Assembly (NCBI GenBank): GCA_943788775.1
Contig: CALSRO010000004.1
Location: 1-64,000, forward strand
Direction of reading: 5' to 3'
Length of the DNA: 64,000 nt
Source of the DNA: an uncultured Flavobacteriales bacterium
GTDB lineage: Bacteria; Bacteroidota; Bacteroidia; Flavobacteriales_G; Salibacteraceae
This document shows positions 9,746 through 19,249 of the stretch, one piece after another. The notes beneath the pieces were generated by a model. That model was not told the DNA's origin and did no database searches. It was given only the letters and a program-made list of their open reading frames with translations. Each line of letters opens with the position of its first letter. Positions within the stretch are counted from its first letter, which is position 1. The position numbers and the translations under genes were made by a program.

Positions 9746-12700
9746 TTGGTAGTCTTTGCTTTTAGCGGCTTGGCGCACGATCATGACGGGCAGTTGCCTA
9801 TCAAATACCAGGAGAATAAAGGTCAGTGGAATGATGATCTTTTGTTCTTTGGGCAAGCGGCCAACATGGATATATTGATTGGCGATGGAAGATTCATACT
9901 GCAATTACGAAGTCAGAAAGATTTCACTGCAATAAGTGATGCACACCATGGTGAGATTGAGCTTCCCGATGACTTCATGGTACATTTTCACAACATCGAA
10001 TTCGACTTGATTGGCTCAAAATCTACTAGAGCATTTGGCAAGGATAAAACCAAGGATTTTGTGAATTACTTCATTGGTAATGACAGTTCCAAATGGGCTG
10101 GAGGCATAGGTCAGTATGCTGAAGTAGTCATGCCAGAAGTGTATTCGAATATTGACTTTGTTCTATCGAGTATTGGCAACCACATGAAATATGAGTTTCA
10201 AGTGAATCCAATGGCAGATATCGAAGACATAAAATTCAAAATCAGTGGAGCAGATCAATTGTACTTGGATAAAAACAGACTTTTCATGGCTAACTCAGTT
10301 GATCTATTGATTGATGAGAAACCCATAGCCTGGGAAATTGTAGAGGGCGAAAAAATGTTTCTTAATTGCTATTATCAACTCGATGGGGATACGCTGAGTT
10401 TTCACGTCCCAAATCACAACCCGGATCGTCCATTGATTATTGATCCTACATTGATTTTCTCCTCATATACCGGGTCCACCACGGATAATTGGGGTTGTAC
10501 AGCAACATATGACAGTTTAGGAAATCTTTATGCTGGAGGAATCGTAGTGAGTACAGGTGGCAGTATGAATGGTTACCCCACCTCTACCGGAGCATTCCAA
10601 ACACAATACCAGGGTGGTGGTACTGGACTGGGTACTGATATTGTTATTTCAAAATTTGAGGATGATGGGTCAAGTTTGATCTATTCAACCTATCTAGGTG
10701 GAAACAACAATGAAATTCCGCATAGTTTGGTAGTCAACTCAAACAACCAATTGTACATCCTTGGTACTACATCTAGCAGCAACTTCCCAACAACAAACAG
10801 TGCTTTTGACGGCACTTACAATGGTGGTTCGAGCATCGGTACAGGAACAGGTGGCAATAACAATTCTAATGGAGTGGCTTATCCAAATGGTTCGGACATA
10901 ATTGTTGCAAAGTTCAATGCGAATGGCACCAATCTTATTGGATGCACCTATGTTGGTGGGTCTGGTAATGACGGGATCAATTTGAGCGACACCTTGCAAA
11001 AAGCTTATGCAGATGAATATCGAGGTGAAATCATCGTGGACAATAACGACAATTGTTACGTAGCGACTAGCACAGGGTCAACCAACTTTCCAATCGTAAA
11101 TGGATTTCAAAACACATACGGTGGTGGACTTACAGATGGGGTCGTATTCAAATTCAATGCAAATCTCAGCAGCTTGCTTTGGTCGTCCTATATTGGCGGA
11201 AGCGAAGCCGATGCAGCCTACTCTTTGCAATTTGACCCGAACTTGAACGTATTCGCAACGGGTGGAACCAAAAGCACGGACTTTCCAACTACTAACAATG
11301 CTCTTAACCAGAACTATCAGCAAGGAAGTGCTGACGGCTGGGTTTCCAAAATCAGCAATAACGGTCAAAATCTTTTGGCTTCAACCTACCTGGGAACGAA
11401 TAATTACGACCAAAGCTTCTTCGTGCAACTGGATCTTCAAGGCAATGTCTATTGCTTAGGACAAACTTTGGGTGCATATCCTATTGGACCGAGCTGGGTT
11501 TATTCAGTCAATAACAGCGGTCAGTTCTTGCACAAACTCACCAATAACCTTCAGAATACGGTTTTTTCAACCCGCTGGGGAACAGGAAATAGCAGCATTA
11601 ACTTGTCTTTATCTGCATTTCTAGTAAATCAATGCAATCACATTTTCGTAGCCGGCTGGGGAGGAACTCTTTTCGGAACAGGTTCTCTGACCAGCGGCAG
11701 TTCAACCACCAACGGTTTACCCACAACAAACAATGCCGTCCAAACCACAACTGACGGAAACGACATGTACTTCATTGTTTTTGAGGACAGTGCCAAAGGA
11801 GTCCTCTTTGGGTCTTATTTCGGTGGAACAGGAAATGGAGGACGAGAACACGTAGATGGAGGGACAAGTCGATTTGATAAAAAAGGGATTATTTATCAGG
11901 CTGTATGCGCAGGCTGTAATGGATCGAATGCTGGCACCTTCCCAACTACTTCAGGTGCTTATGCAACCTCAAAAGGTGGAAACGCCAACTGTAACCTTGG
12001 AGCGATAAAATATGATTTGGTAACCCTTGAATCTGACGCGGATATTGACGGCCCAACTCAGGTTTGTGTAAATGATTCCATTGATTTTCTCAATGAAAGC
12101 TTCGGAGGCTCACTTTATCTTTGGGACTTTGGAGATGGCAATAGTAGTACGGAGTATGAGCCTAAACATGCCTATTCTAACCCTGGAAACTATAATGTCA
12201 TCCTGATCATATATGATTCGGTAAGCTGCATTTTCGCAGACACTGACACCATTGCCTTGACCGTAATTCCAGGTCCATTGGCTATTGTGCCTAATCTTCC
12301 AAAGGTTTGTCCAGATACTCCGGTGCAATTAATGGCGAGTGGAGGTCAAACCTATGAATGGTCGCCTGCCGGGGTTTTAAATGACCCAAACATTGCAGAC
12401 CCAATAGCCGAAGTAGAACTTTCCACGACTTTCATAGTTTCTGTCACTGATAGTTGTGGAACTGATACCGCACATCTCAAATTAGTAGTCTTTCCTGATG
12501 ACACTGAGGCCATGACCGATACTGCACTTTGCGCTGGACTTTCAGGAAATTTGAGGGCCGAAGGTGGTGTGAGTTATTCATGGAACCCAGGGATCTATTT
12601 ATCTTCAGCAACTTCACCTAGGCCACTTTGCAGTCCTGACACTACCACAGAATATATTGTTACCATAATAGATTCATTTCAATGTGAAAGAGACCACCCC

Positions 12701-13681
12701 GTGAAGGTTTTTGTTGAAGGTTTTATTCCTCAAATCGAGGCATATGGCGACACAACTGTCTGCCCAGGTGATCGTGTAATTGTGCGAGCCACCGGTGCTC
12801 CAAACTATGAATGGAAACCAACTACATGGCTAGTTGACTCCCTCTTACAAACCACTCCTGCTTATCCAGAAGAAAGCATTCAATATATTGTGAAAACGTT
12901 CAACTCCTGTGGTTCAGCCTTTGATACAGTGACCATAACCGTTCGGCTACCTGACTTAGTGGTGGAACAATCTCCGCCAGTTTGTTTAGGAGACAGTGTT
13001 CATTTAAGTGCCTCTGGAGCCTTAATTTATAAATGGACTGGGCCTGAATTTGATCTCCCCAATTACAATCGAAATCCATCTATTTTACCTGATGAAAGTG
13101 CATGGTACTATATTGTTGGTTCCAACATCGAAAGATGTGAGGGAGAGGATAGCGTTTTTGTAACTGTGCACCCTCAACCAACTTTAAATCTGCTGACCGA
13201 CCCTGACACCATTACTGGCCTGTTTAATGTGATGCTCACAGCCGAGTCTAGTGGAACTATTCACTGGGTTTCTAGCGGTTACATCCCTTGTACTACTTGC
13301 GACTCCATTCAGGTATATCCATTATATAAGACAGAGTATTTTGTAGTAGCCTCTGACAGTAACAATTGCAAAACAACAGATAGCATCAGTGTAAAAGCCA
13401 TCAGCAAACTCTACGTGCCATCTGCCTTTTCACCAAACGATGATGGAATCAATGATGACTTAAGAATTGAAGGCCACAATCTAAAGGACTTTCATTTAGT
13501 GATCCGGGACAGATGGGGTCAAATAGTGTTTGAAAGCTTTGACATTTCAAACCGGTGGGATGGCACCAAATTCAACAAGGGCTATATTCTGCCTGATGGT
13601 GTTTATGGATATGAAATCGTATATACCATCTTACCTGACCAAGAATTACAGAAATCGGGAGTAGTTACGCTGGTTAAGTAA
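9746..13681 (+). CDS. Large secreted multi-domain protein: beta-propeller-like repeats, PKD domain, T9SS type B (gliding-motility-associated) C-terminal sorting domain
   Basis: 1311 aa. PKD signature WDFGDGNSS...HAYSNPGNYNV. C-terminus YVPSAFSPNDDGINDDL...RWGQIVFES...WDG...GVYGYEI matches the type B sorting-domain consensus. Listed start is TTG, so the true start is uncertain. Confidence 0.8.
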   Translation: MVVFAFSGLAHDHDGQLPIKYQENKGQWNDDLLFFGQAANMDILIGDGRFILQLRSQKDFTAISDAHHGEIELPDDFMVHFHNIEFDLIGSKSTRAFGKDKTKDFVNYFIGNDSSKWAGGIGQYAEVVMPEVYSNIDFVLSSIGNHMKYEFQVNPMADIEDIKFKISGADQLYLDKNRLFMANSVDLLIDEKPIAWEIVEGEKMFLNCYYQLDGDTLSFHVPNHNPDRPLIIDPTLIFSSYTGSTTDNWGCTATYDSLGNLYAGGIVVSTGGSMNGYPTSTGAFQTQYQGGGTGLGTDIVISKFEDDGSSLIYSTYLGGNNNEIPHSLVVNSNNQLYILGTTSSSNFPTTNSAFDGTYNGGSSIGTGTGGNNNSNGVAYPNGSDIIVAKFNANGTNLIGCTYVGGSGNDGINLSDTLQKAYADEYRGEIIVDNNDNCYVATSTGSTNFPIVNGFQNTYGGGLTDGVVFKFNANLSSLLWSSYIGGSEADAAYSLQFDPNLNVFATGGTKSTDFPTTNNALNQNYQQGSADGWVSKISNNGQNLLASTYLGTNNYDQSFFVQLDLQGNVYCLGQTLGAYPIGPSWVYSVNNSGQFLHKLTNNLQNTVFSTRWGTGNSSINLSLSAFLVNQCNHIFVAGWGGTLFGTGSLTSGSSTTNGLPTTNNAVQTTTDGNDMYFIVFEDSAKGVLFGSYFGGTGNGGREHVDGGTSRFDKKGIIYQAVCAGCNGSNAGTFPTTSGAYATSKGGNANCNLGAIKYDLVTLESDADIDGPTQVCVNDSIDFLNESFGGSLYLWDFGDGNSSTEYEPKHAYSNPGNYNVILIIYDSVSCIFADTDTIALTVIPGPLAIVPNLPKVCPDTPVQLMASGGQTYEWSPAGVLNDPNIADPIAEVELSTTFIVSVTDSCGTDTAHLKLVVFPDDTEAMTDTALCAGLSGNLRAEGGVSYSWNPGIYLSSATSPRPLCSPDTTTEYIVTIIDSFQCERDHPVKVFVEGFIPQIEAYGDTTVCPGDRVIVRATGAPNYEWKPTTWLVDSLLQTTPAYPEESIQYIVKTFNSCGSAFDTVTITVRLPDLVVEQSPPVCLGDSVHLSASGALIYKWTGPEFDLPNYNRNPSILPDESAWYYIVGSNIERCEGEDSVFVTVHPQPTLNLLTDPDTITGLFNVMLTAESSGTIHWVSSGYIPCTTCDSIQVYPLYKTEYFVVASDSNNCKTTDSISVKAISKLYVPSAFSPNDDGINDDLRIEGHNLKDFHLVIRDRWGQIVFESFDISNRWDGTKFNKGYILPDGVYGYEIVYTILPDQELQKSGVVTLVK

Positions 13682-14201
13682 AACGTGGATCAGTCTCCAT
13701 TGTGTGACCACAATTATCACACGTTCTTAATTCTTCACTTGCATAATACTCCTTAAAGGGAGGAAGAAAGTCATTTTCAATATTAGAAAGCGGGAAATAT
13801 GTTTCATGCAGTTTGTGGTTGCATTTATCACAAAACCACATTAGGCCATCTTTATGATCCGATTGTCTAACTCGTTCAATAACCAAACCAATAGACCCTT
13901 CCGAACGCCCTGGACTATGCGGTACTTTCGGTGGCAAGAGAAACATGTCACCCGGACCTAGTTTTATGTCCACCGGTTTACCATCCTCCTGAATTCGGAC
14001 GTTTATATTACCCTCCAATTGGTAAAACAACTCCTCAGTTTCATTGTAGTGGTAGTCTTTGCGAGCATTTGGCCCTCCCACTATCATCACAATATAATCC
14101 GTTCCTTCAGGATATAAATTCTTATTGGCAACAGGAGGTTTTAATAAATCCCTATTATTCTCAATCCACTTTTGAAGATTAAATGGCTTCTTGATACTCA
14201 T
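13674..14201 (-). CDS. 3-hydroxyanthranilate 3,4-dioxygenase (cupin)
   Basis: 175 aa. Cupin core with metal ligands (H..E...H) and a C-terminal rubredoxin-like CxxC...CxxC site (CDKCNH...CDNCGH), characteristic of HAAO. Confidence 0.88.
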   Translation of the reverse strand: MSIKKPFNLQKWIENNRDLLKPPVANKNLYPEGTDYIVMIVGGPNARKDYHYNETEELFYQLEGNINVRIQEDGKPVDIKLGPGDMFLLPPKVPHSPGRSEGSIGLVIERVRQSDHKDGLMWFCDKCNHKLHETYFPLSNIENDFLPPFKEYYASEELRTCDNCGHTMETDPRFT

Positions 14202-14211
14202 ATGATTTCGC

Positions 14212-16227
14212 CTATTGCTTTGCTATCAATCGCTTTTCATTGATAATATCAGACTCTATGCTCAACACATAGTTTCCTGCATCTAAATCAACCAAGTCAA
14301 GCTTGATTATTCTACCGCTAACAATATTGTAATTACGAACCATCTTACCAGTCATATCATATAGTTTGATATCTCCTTGAGGAGTTCGACCGTTGAAATC
14401 GATACTTACTAAATCTGAAGTTGGGTTTGGGAACACCATAACACCACTTTCACTGGGTTCCATGACTCCAGCTGGCCAGATTCTAACAGTTACTGTATCC
14501 TTAGTAACACAACCATTTGTATCCTGCACCGCCACACTATAATCGCCAGAGAAAACAACGTTCAACACTTGGACAGAAGCTCCCGTATTCCATAAATAGC
14601 TCACGTACTGAGGTCCAGCATCAATAGGAATTGGTCCAAGTCCACTTTGGTTTGGCCCTAAATCCACTTGGTCTGGTATATTGAGGAATACCTCTACTTC
14701 ATCAGACCCTTCGCAGCCAACACCATCCGAAGCGGTCACCGAATAGATACCTGCAGATGAAATAACAATCGAATTAGTTGTGGATCCTTCACTCCATAAG
14801 TAAGAAGCATATCCAGGAGGCGCTGCTATCACCGTGCTCTGACCTGGACAGAGATTCTTATCAGCACCAAGGTTAATACTTGGATCCTCATTTTCAAAAT
14901 CAAGATCAACGTTTAGCGCAATATCACAATTGCCCGCATCTGTGATCGTTACAATATATGGACCGGCAGTCAAATTGGATTCAGTAAGTCCGGTTCCGCC
15001 TGAACTCCAAACGTAAGAATACGGGGGTGTTCCACCGGATGGATTCAAAGTTATTTCACCATCTGCACTGCTCTCACATAATGCAAGGTCAATATCAAAT
15101 GAACCCGCTAAGGCTGGTGGCGAGTATAAATCTGTAGAAATATCGTTAAAACAACCATCATCATCCGTTACGGTTACACTGTATGTTCCAACGCCAATAT
15201 TGGTGATGGCTGCTGAAGTAGCGGTGGTTGACCATTCATACGAAAAAGGTCCGTTCCCTGTAGCATTCGCAGTCAGCCCACCATCGGTGTCTCCATAACA
15301 ATCCAAAGAGTCCATAGTAAGCGTTAGATCCGGCCCGCCAGAAACAATCGTTGTGAAAGTGTCACCACATTGAGGGATAAATGCAACATAGTCATTGGAT
15401 ATCGTCCATGATGATGCGTTGCGTCCACTTGGTGTATACGCCACTGTTCCATTTGAGTTCTCGATACCCATTGTATGAGTTCCACCATCGCTTGGCATTG
15501 AAGTCGTGTGAATCTCAATCAATCCACAACCTTCGTATAAAACTACCTGCGAAGTTACATAATAGGAAGTACCAGGATAGTGCGGTACCGCATCAAAATC
15601 AATAATACATTTTCTGTTAGGCGATGTCCCCTGTGTCCAGTAGCTAATGGTGCCGGCATTGCCTCCGTCCGGATCTAGATCTTCCCACGCAAAAGCAATT
15701 AGATTATTCGGGGCTGTGCCGCTCGGCAGGTTCTGTCCGCTACAACATCCATTGGCTGTATTTGATCCAAAAAATATGAAACCATTAGATGAAATTCCGA
15801 ATGTGGTATACTGATTCGCGAAAAAATTAAAGGTGAACCCAATCGATAGATTTGAAGAAGTGGCATCGTCTCCAAGAGAAACTGTACTTGCAGAACCTGG
15901 AACACCGACTGTATCAAACGCACCAGTCTGATCAATGGTATAAGAAGGGGCCCCATCTAAAACATAAACTTCTACTTGCCCTGTTCCAGCAAGAGATGGA
16001 TCAAAATCTCCGTTTGAATTTATTCCTGCTCCAAATATTGTCGGGGTTCCATTACACGAGGCTGTCAGAACACTGATCGTGTCAGAAGAACAATAAAATG
16101 CTTCAAGCCCAGACAAGGTACATTGTCCATAGCTGAAAATTGTGACTATTAGAAATGCTGAGGATAGTAAAAATGATTTCATAGGTAGTAAATTAAGGTA
16201 AATCGAGCATAAATATAACCCGATCAA
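14212..16227 (-). CDS. Secreted T9SS cargo protein with Ig-like repeats and type A C-terminal sorting domain
   Basis: 671 aa. Signal peptide; C-terminal VFPNPTSDLVSIDF...KLYDMTGKMV...NYVLSI pattern. Confidence 0.8.
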   Translation of the reverse strand: MIGLYLCSIYLNLLPMKSFLLSSAFLIVTIFSYGQCTLSGLEAFYCSSDTISVLTASCNGTPTIFGAGINSNGDFDPSLAGTGQVEVYVLDGAPSYTIDQTGAFDTVGVPGSASTVSLGDDATSSNLSIGFTFNFFANQYTTFGISSNGFIFFGSNTANGCCSGQNLPSGTAPNNLIAFAWEDLDPDGGNAGTISYWTQGTSPNRKCIIDFDAVPHYPGTSYYVTSQVVLYEGCGLIEIHTTSMPSDGGTHTMGIENSNGTVAYTPSGRNASSWTISNDYVAFIPQCGDTFTTIVSGGPDLTLTMDSLDCYGDTDGGLTANATGNGPFSYEWSTTATSAAITNIGVGTYSVTVTDDDGCFNDISTDLYSPPALAGSFDIDLALCESSADGEITLNPSGGTPPYSYVWSSGGTGLTESNLTAGPYIVTITDAGNCDIALNVDLDFENEDPSINLGADKNLCPGQSTVIAAPPGYASYLWSEGSTTNSIVISSAGIYSVTASDGVGCEGSDEVEVFLNIPDQVDLGPNQSGLGPIPIDAGPQYVSYLWNTGASVQVLNVVFSGDYSVAVQDTNGCVTKDTVTVRIWPAGVMEPSESGVMVFPNPTSDLVSIDFNGRTPQGDIKLYDMTGKMVRNYNIVSGRIIKLDLVDLDAGNYVLSIESDIINEKRLIAKQ

Positions 16228-16273
16228 TCAAACCTCACACACTACTAATCAATAATTATTCTAGATGAATAAA

Positions 16274-16984
16274 CTAAGGCGTAACAAACTTGAAACCTTT
16301 ACCATGTTCATTCATGATCTTAACGGAGTCATCAACTCGTAAGTATTTTCTCAATTTGGCCACATATACATCCATTGATCTTGAGTTAAAATAGCTGTCG
16401 TCACCCCAAATAGCCAATAATGCCTGAGATCTGTCCAATAGCTGATTTTCATGCTGAATGAGCATCTTCATTAAGGCATTTTCTTTGGACGTTAAATGCT
16501 GTTCTGAATCGCCATGTTTCAAGACTTGATTCTTAAAATCGAAAACAAATGATCCAAATTCAAAAACAGTCTTTTCTTCAATTTTCTCTTCGCCTTTTGT
16601 TCTCCTGAGGATTGCCTTCAATCGAAGCAGCAACTCTTCCATACTAAAGGGCTTGGTGATATAATCGTCTCCTCCAGATTTAAAGCCTTGAATTGTATCC
16701 TCCTTCATGGATTTGGCCGTCAAATAGATGATGGGAATAGTCGGATTGGCAACGCGTATTTCTGTACCCAGGGTAAAACCATCTTTTTCGGGCATCATAA
16801 CATCTAGAATGCAGCAATCAAATTGACCGTTGGCGAATTCCTTCCAACCTTCCACACCGTTCACAGCTAGTGTAGTTGTATATCCTTTGGCTTGTAAATA
16901 TTCAGAAAGTATAATCCCCAAGTTAGGATCATCTTCGGCCACCAAAATATTCGCGCTATTAAGCTGCTTGACTTCTGCTTCCAT
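16274..16984 (-). CDS. OmpR-family response regulator (receiver + winged-helix)
   Basis: Receiver motifs ILVAEDD, CCILDVMMP, YLTAK. C-terminal winged-helix with VYVAKLRKYL. Confidence 0.9.
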   Translation of the reverse strand: MEAEVKQLNSANILVAEDDPNLGIILSEYLQAKGYTTTLAVNGVEGWKEFANGQFDCCILDVMMPEKDGFTLGTEIRVANPTIPIIYLTAKSMKEDTIQGFKSGGDDYITKPFSMEELLLRLKAILRRTKGEEKIEEKTVFEFGSFVFDFKNQVLKHGDSEQHLTSKENALMKMLIQHENQLLDRSQALLAIWGDDSYFNSRSMDVYVAKLRKYLRVDDSVKIMNEHGKGFKFVTP

Positions 16985-18611
16985 CTGTTTGTGGTTTTAA
17001 TGGTATTTCTATATAAAATGTACTCCCTTTTCCTAGATTGCTTTCTACGGAGACTCTTCCCCCATGACGTTCGGTTATTATCTTGACATAACTCAGTCCC
17101 AATCCAAACCCTTTCACATCATGAATATTTCCAGTGGGTACTCGGTACAAACGATCGAATACTTTCTTTAAATTTTCATCGCTAATCCCTATGCCATGAT
17201 CTTTAACAGAAATGACAATTGAATCGCCACTTTGCGCGGTGTGAATTTCTAAATGAGGTTCGTTCTTTGAGTATTTTAAGGCATTATCTAGTAGGTTATA
17301 CATAACATTCATAATGTGAGTTCGATCCACCTCCGCAACTGCATTTCCGGCAGCTAAATCGGTTACTATCTCGCCTTTCTTCTCCTTGATTTGTATAGAA
17401 AACTTATCAATTACATCTTGAATTAATTGATGCAGATCCAATTCCTCCCTTTTCAGTTTGAAGTCACCTTTGTCCAGCACTGCGCTTTGTAAAACCTCTT
17501 CCACCAGAAGACCGAGACGCTTATTTTCAGCGTTTATTATACCGATATAACGATTCTTCACAGTTTCGATTTTCCCCAGCTCAGGATCAGTTAGCGCCTC
17601 GCATGCTAATGAGATTGTCGATATCGGAGTCTTCAATTCATGGGTCATGTTATTGATGAAATCATTCTTGATCTCGCTGTTTTTTTTCTGCTCAATAATT
17701 GTTTTAAGGATATAATATATAGACCCGATAATGATCAAAATAAACAATAGCGAAACGACCAAAAGCAGCCAAATATTCTTCAGAATGTACCCATCTAAAT
17801 TGGGAAAATTTACGTGCAGGTAATAAGGCACTTGTATCACATCATTTGGAAAGAGCTTTGCTTTGAGTTGGGTGTTGGAAAGGGCCTCTTCAAATTCTTC
17901 ATTGCCAAAAATCATCGCATGACTGCGATCAAAGACTCCAATCTCGAAGGGCATGAAGATGCCATGGTTATGAAAAGAAAGTTGCAGCAATGAGTCCACA
18001 ATTTTCGGGTTGATTCGTTCATCGATGGGTTGATTCAAGTCAACTTCAATCAAACTCTTTACAATATCCCCAAGAAAAGCGCGCTTAGATTTTACTCTGT
18101 CCCGCAGTTCATCAATATCTGGTGCAAATGGATCTGAATTCGCCAAAAGCTGCATTTCGGTACTGTCCAAATTTGCTACTCTTAACTTAACCTCTTGTTC
18201 TAAATCTGAGGTAAACGGAAGATCATCCAAGGAATACGTAATGGTTTTTTCGGTTTTGGTTCCTCCTTGTTCTTCATTAACCTGCATCTGAATTTGATCT
18301 CCGGTTCGCTCAATTTTTTTACTGATTACATACTCCACTAAGCTATCATCAGGGGGAAATTGCATTTCGTCAAGACTATCCGATTCTTCAAAAAACAAGT
18401 ATTTGGCCTCTTGATGAGACCTGAGCTTTGTAAGTGTTTCGTGCCTTTCGAGTAGATCAATTACCTCATTTATCGCCTCACCAGCGCTGTGTTCTAGTTG
18501 ATCACGTTCCAAATTAAAGGCATTCTGAATCCAGTAAACTTGAACCGCGATTAACCCGATCATGGCAATCGATACTGTGACAACTACTGTTTTGAGGACG
18601 TTTGCTCTCAT
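16959..18611 (-). CDS. Sensor histidine kinase (two TM segments, periplasmic-type sensor, HisKA + HATPase_c)
   Basis: H-box NMTHELKTPIS. N, G1 and G2 boxes (NLLDNALKYS, DHGIGIS, GFGLGLS). Overlaps the response-regulator gene by 26 nt. Confidence 0.9.
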   Translation of the reverse strand: MRANVLKTVVVTVSIAMIGLIAVQVYWIQNAFNLERDQLEHSAGEAINEVIDLLERHETLTKLRSHQEAKYLFFEESDSLDEMQFPPDDSLVEYVISKKIERTGDQIQMQVNEEQGGTKTEKTITYSLDDLPFTSDLEQEVKLRVANLDSTEMQLLANSDPFAPDIDELRDRVKSKRAFLGDIVKSLIEVDLNQPIDERINPKIVDSLLQLSFHNHGIFMPFEIGVFDRSHAMIFGNEEFEEALSNTQLKAKLFPNDVIQVPYYLHVNFPNLDGYILKNIWLLLVVSLLFILIIIGSIYYILKTIIEQKKNSEIKNDFINNMTHELKTPISTISLACEALTDPELGKIETVKNRYIGIINAENKRLGLLVEEVLQSAVLDKGDFKLKREELDLHQLIQDVIDKFSIQIKEKKGEIVTDLAAGNAVAEVDRTHIMNVMYNLLDNALKYSKNEPHLEIHTAQSGDSIVISVKDHGIGISDENLKKVFDRLYRVPTGNIHDVKGFGLGLSYVKIITERHGGRVSVESNLGKGSTFYIEIPLKPQTDGSRSQAA

Positions 18612-18656
18612 AAGCTGCGAACAAAAATAACGGGGTCGGTTGCGGTCGTGCCATGC

Positions 18657-18692
18657 TTAACAGTACTTAACATTGGTTAACCTGAGATTAAC
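18657..18692. promoter_or_regulatory. Four direct TTAAC repeats at 10/10/11-bp spacing (cTTAACagtacTTAACattggTTAACctgagaTTAACagc) in the divergent region upstream of the HK/RR operon
   Basis: Read directly from sequence. Helical-phase direct repeats are the typical architecture of OmpR/PhoB-family binding sites. Lies 46-80 bp upstream of the kinase start. Confidence 0.4.
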
Positions 18693-18739
18693 AGCAAATG
18701 TGGGATAGTAAAAATATGTTTGCTCAATAATCATCACCT

Positions 18740-19141
18740 ATGAAAACAATCATTACGCTCCTCATAAGTATTTGCTTTTTATCGAGTGCTGCATATTCTC
18801 AGACAAACACATATAAACGGACTATAGAAATTAACGATGGTGAATCGCCAAGTGTTATCATCACTACCATTGAAAATGGAAAAACCACCATTGAAGAACT
18901 GTCAGGTGAAGAAGCCGAGCGGTACATCAAAAAACATGAATCAGAGAAACTGGTTGATTTAGAAATTACCAAAAATGACCTTAACGAGCTTGAGCAGGAT
19001 TTACAAAATCTGATGTTGAAGGTTGAAACTAGAATTCTCGAATTAAACGAAGAACCTATTGATACCACCATTCAACGCTTCAATCGAAACATAGAAAAAA
19101 CGAGTAACTGTATCAAAAGAGAGATTTGCGGAGCGATCTAA
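18740..19141 (+). CDS. Small secreted hypothetical protein
   Basis: 133 aa. Signal peptide MKTIITLLISICFLSSAAYSQ; charged coiled-coil-like C-terminal half. Confidence 0.5.
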   Translation: MKTIITLLISICFLSSAAYSQTNTYKRTIEINDGESPSVIITTIENGKTTIEELSGEEAERYIKKHESEKLVDLEITKNDLNELEQDLQNLMLKVETRILELNEEPIDTTIQRFNRNIEKTSNCIKREICGAI

Positions 19142-19176
19142 AATCATCAAATAAGGCTGTTTAGTTAGGTTTGAAA

Positions 19177-19208
19177 GGCCCCGATCGGAAGATTGGGGCT
19201 TTTCATTT
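19177..19208 (+). terminator. Rho-independent terminator: stem CCCCGATC / GATTGGGG with GGAA tetraloop, then CTTTTCATTT
   Basis: Read from sequence. 36 nt after the stop of the 18740 gene. Confidence 0.55.
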
Positions 19209-19225
19209 AAATCCGTTTAGGGAAT

Positions 19226-19233
19226 TACTTTTG
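19226..19233 (+). promoter_or_regulatory. -7 box TACTTTTG (TAnnTTTG) 16 nt upstream of the aldehyde dehydrogenase start
   Basis: Motif match only. No well-spaced -33 TTG. Confidence 0.3.
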
Positions 19234-19249
19234 ACACTCATAGCTGACT

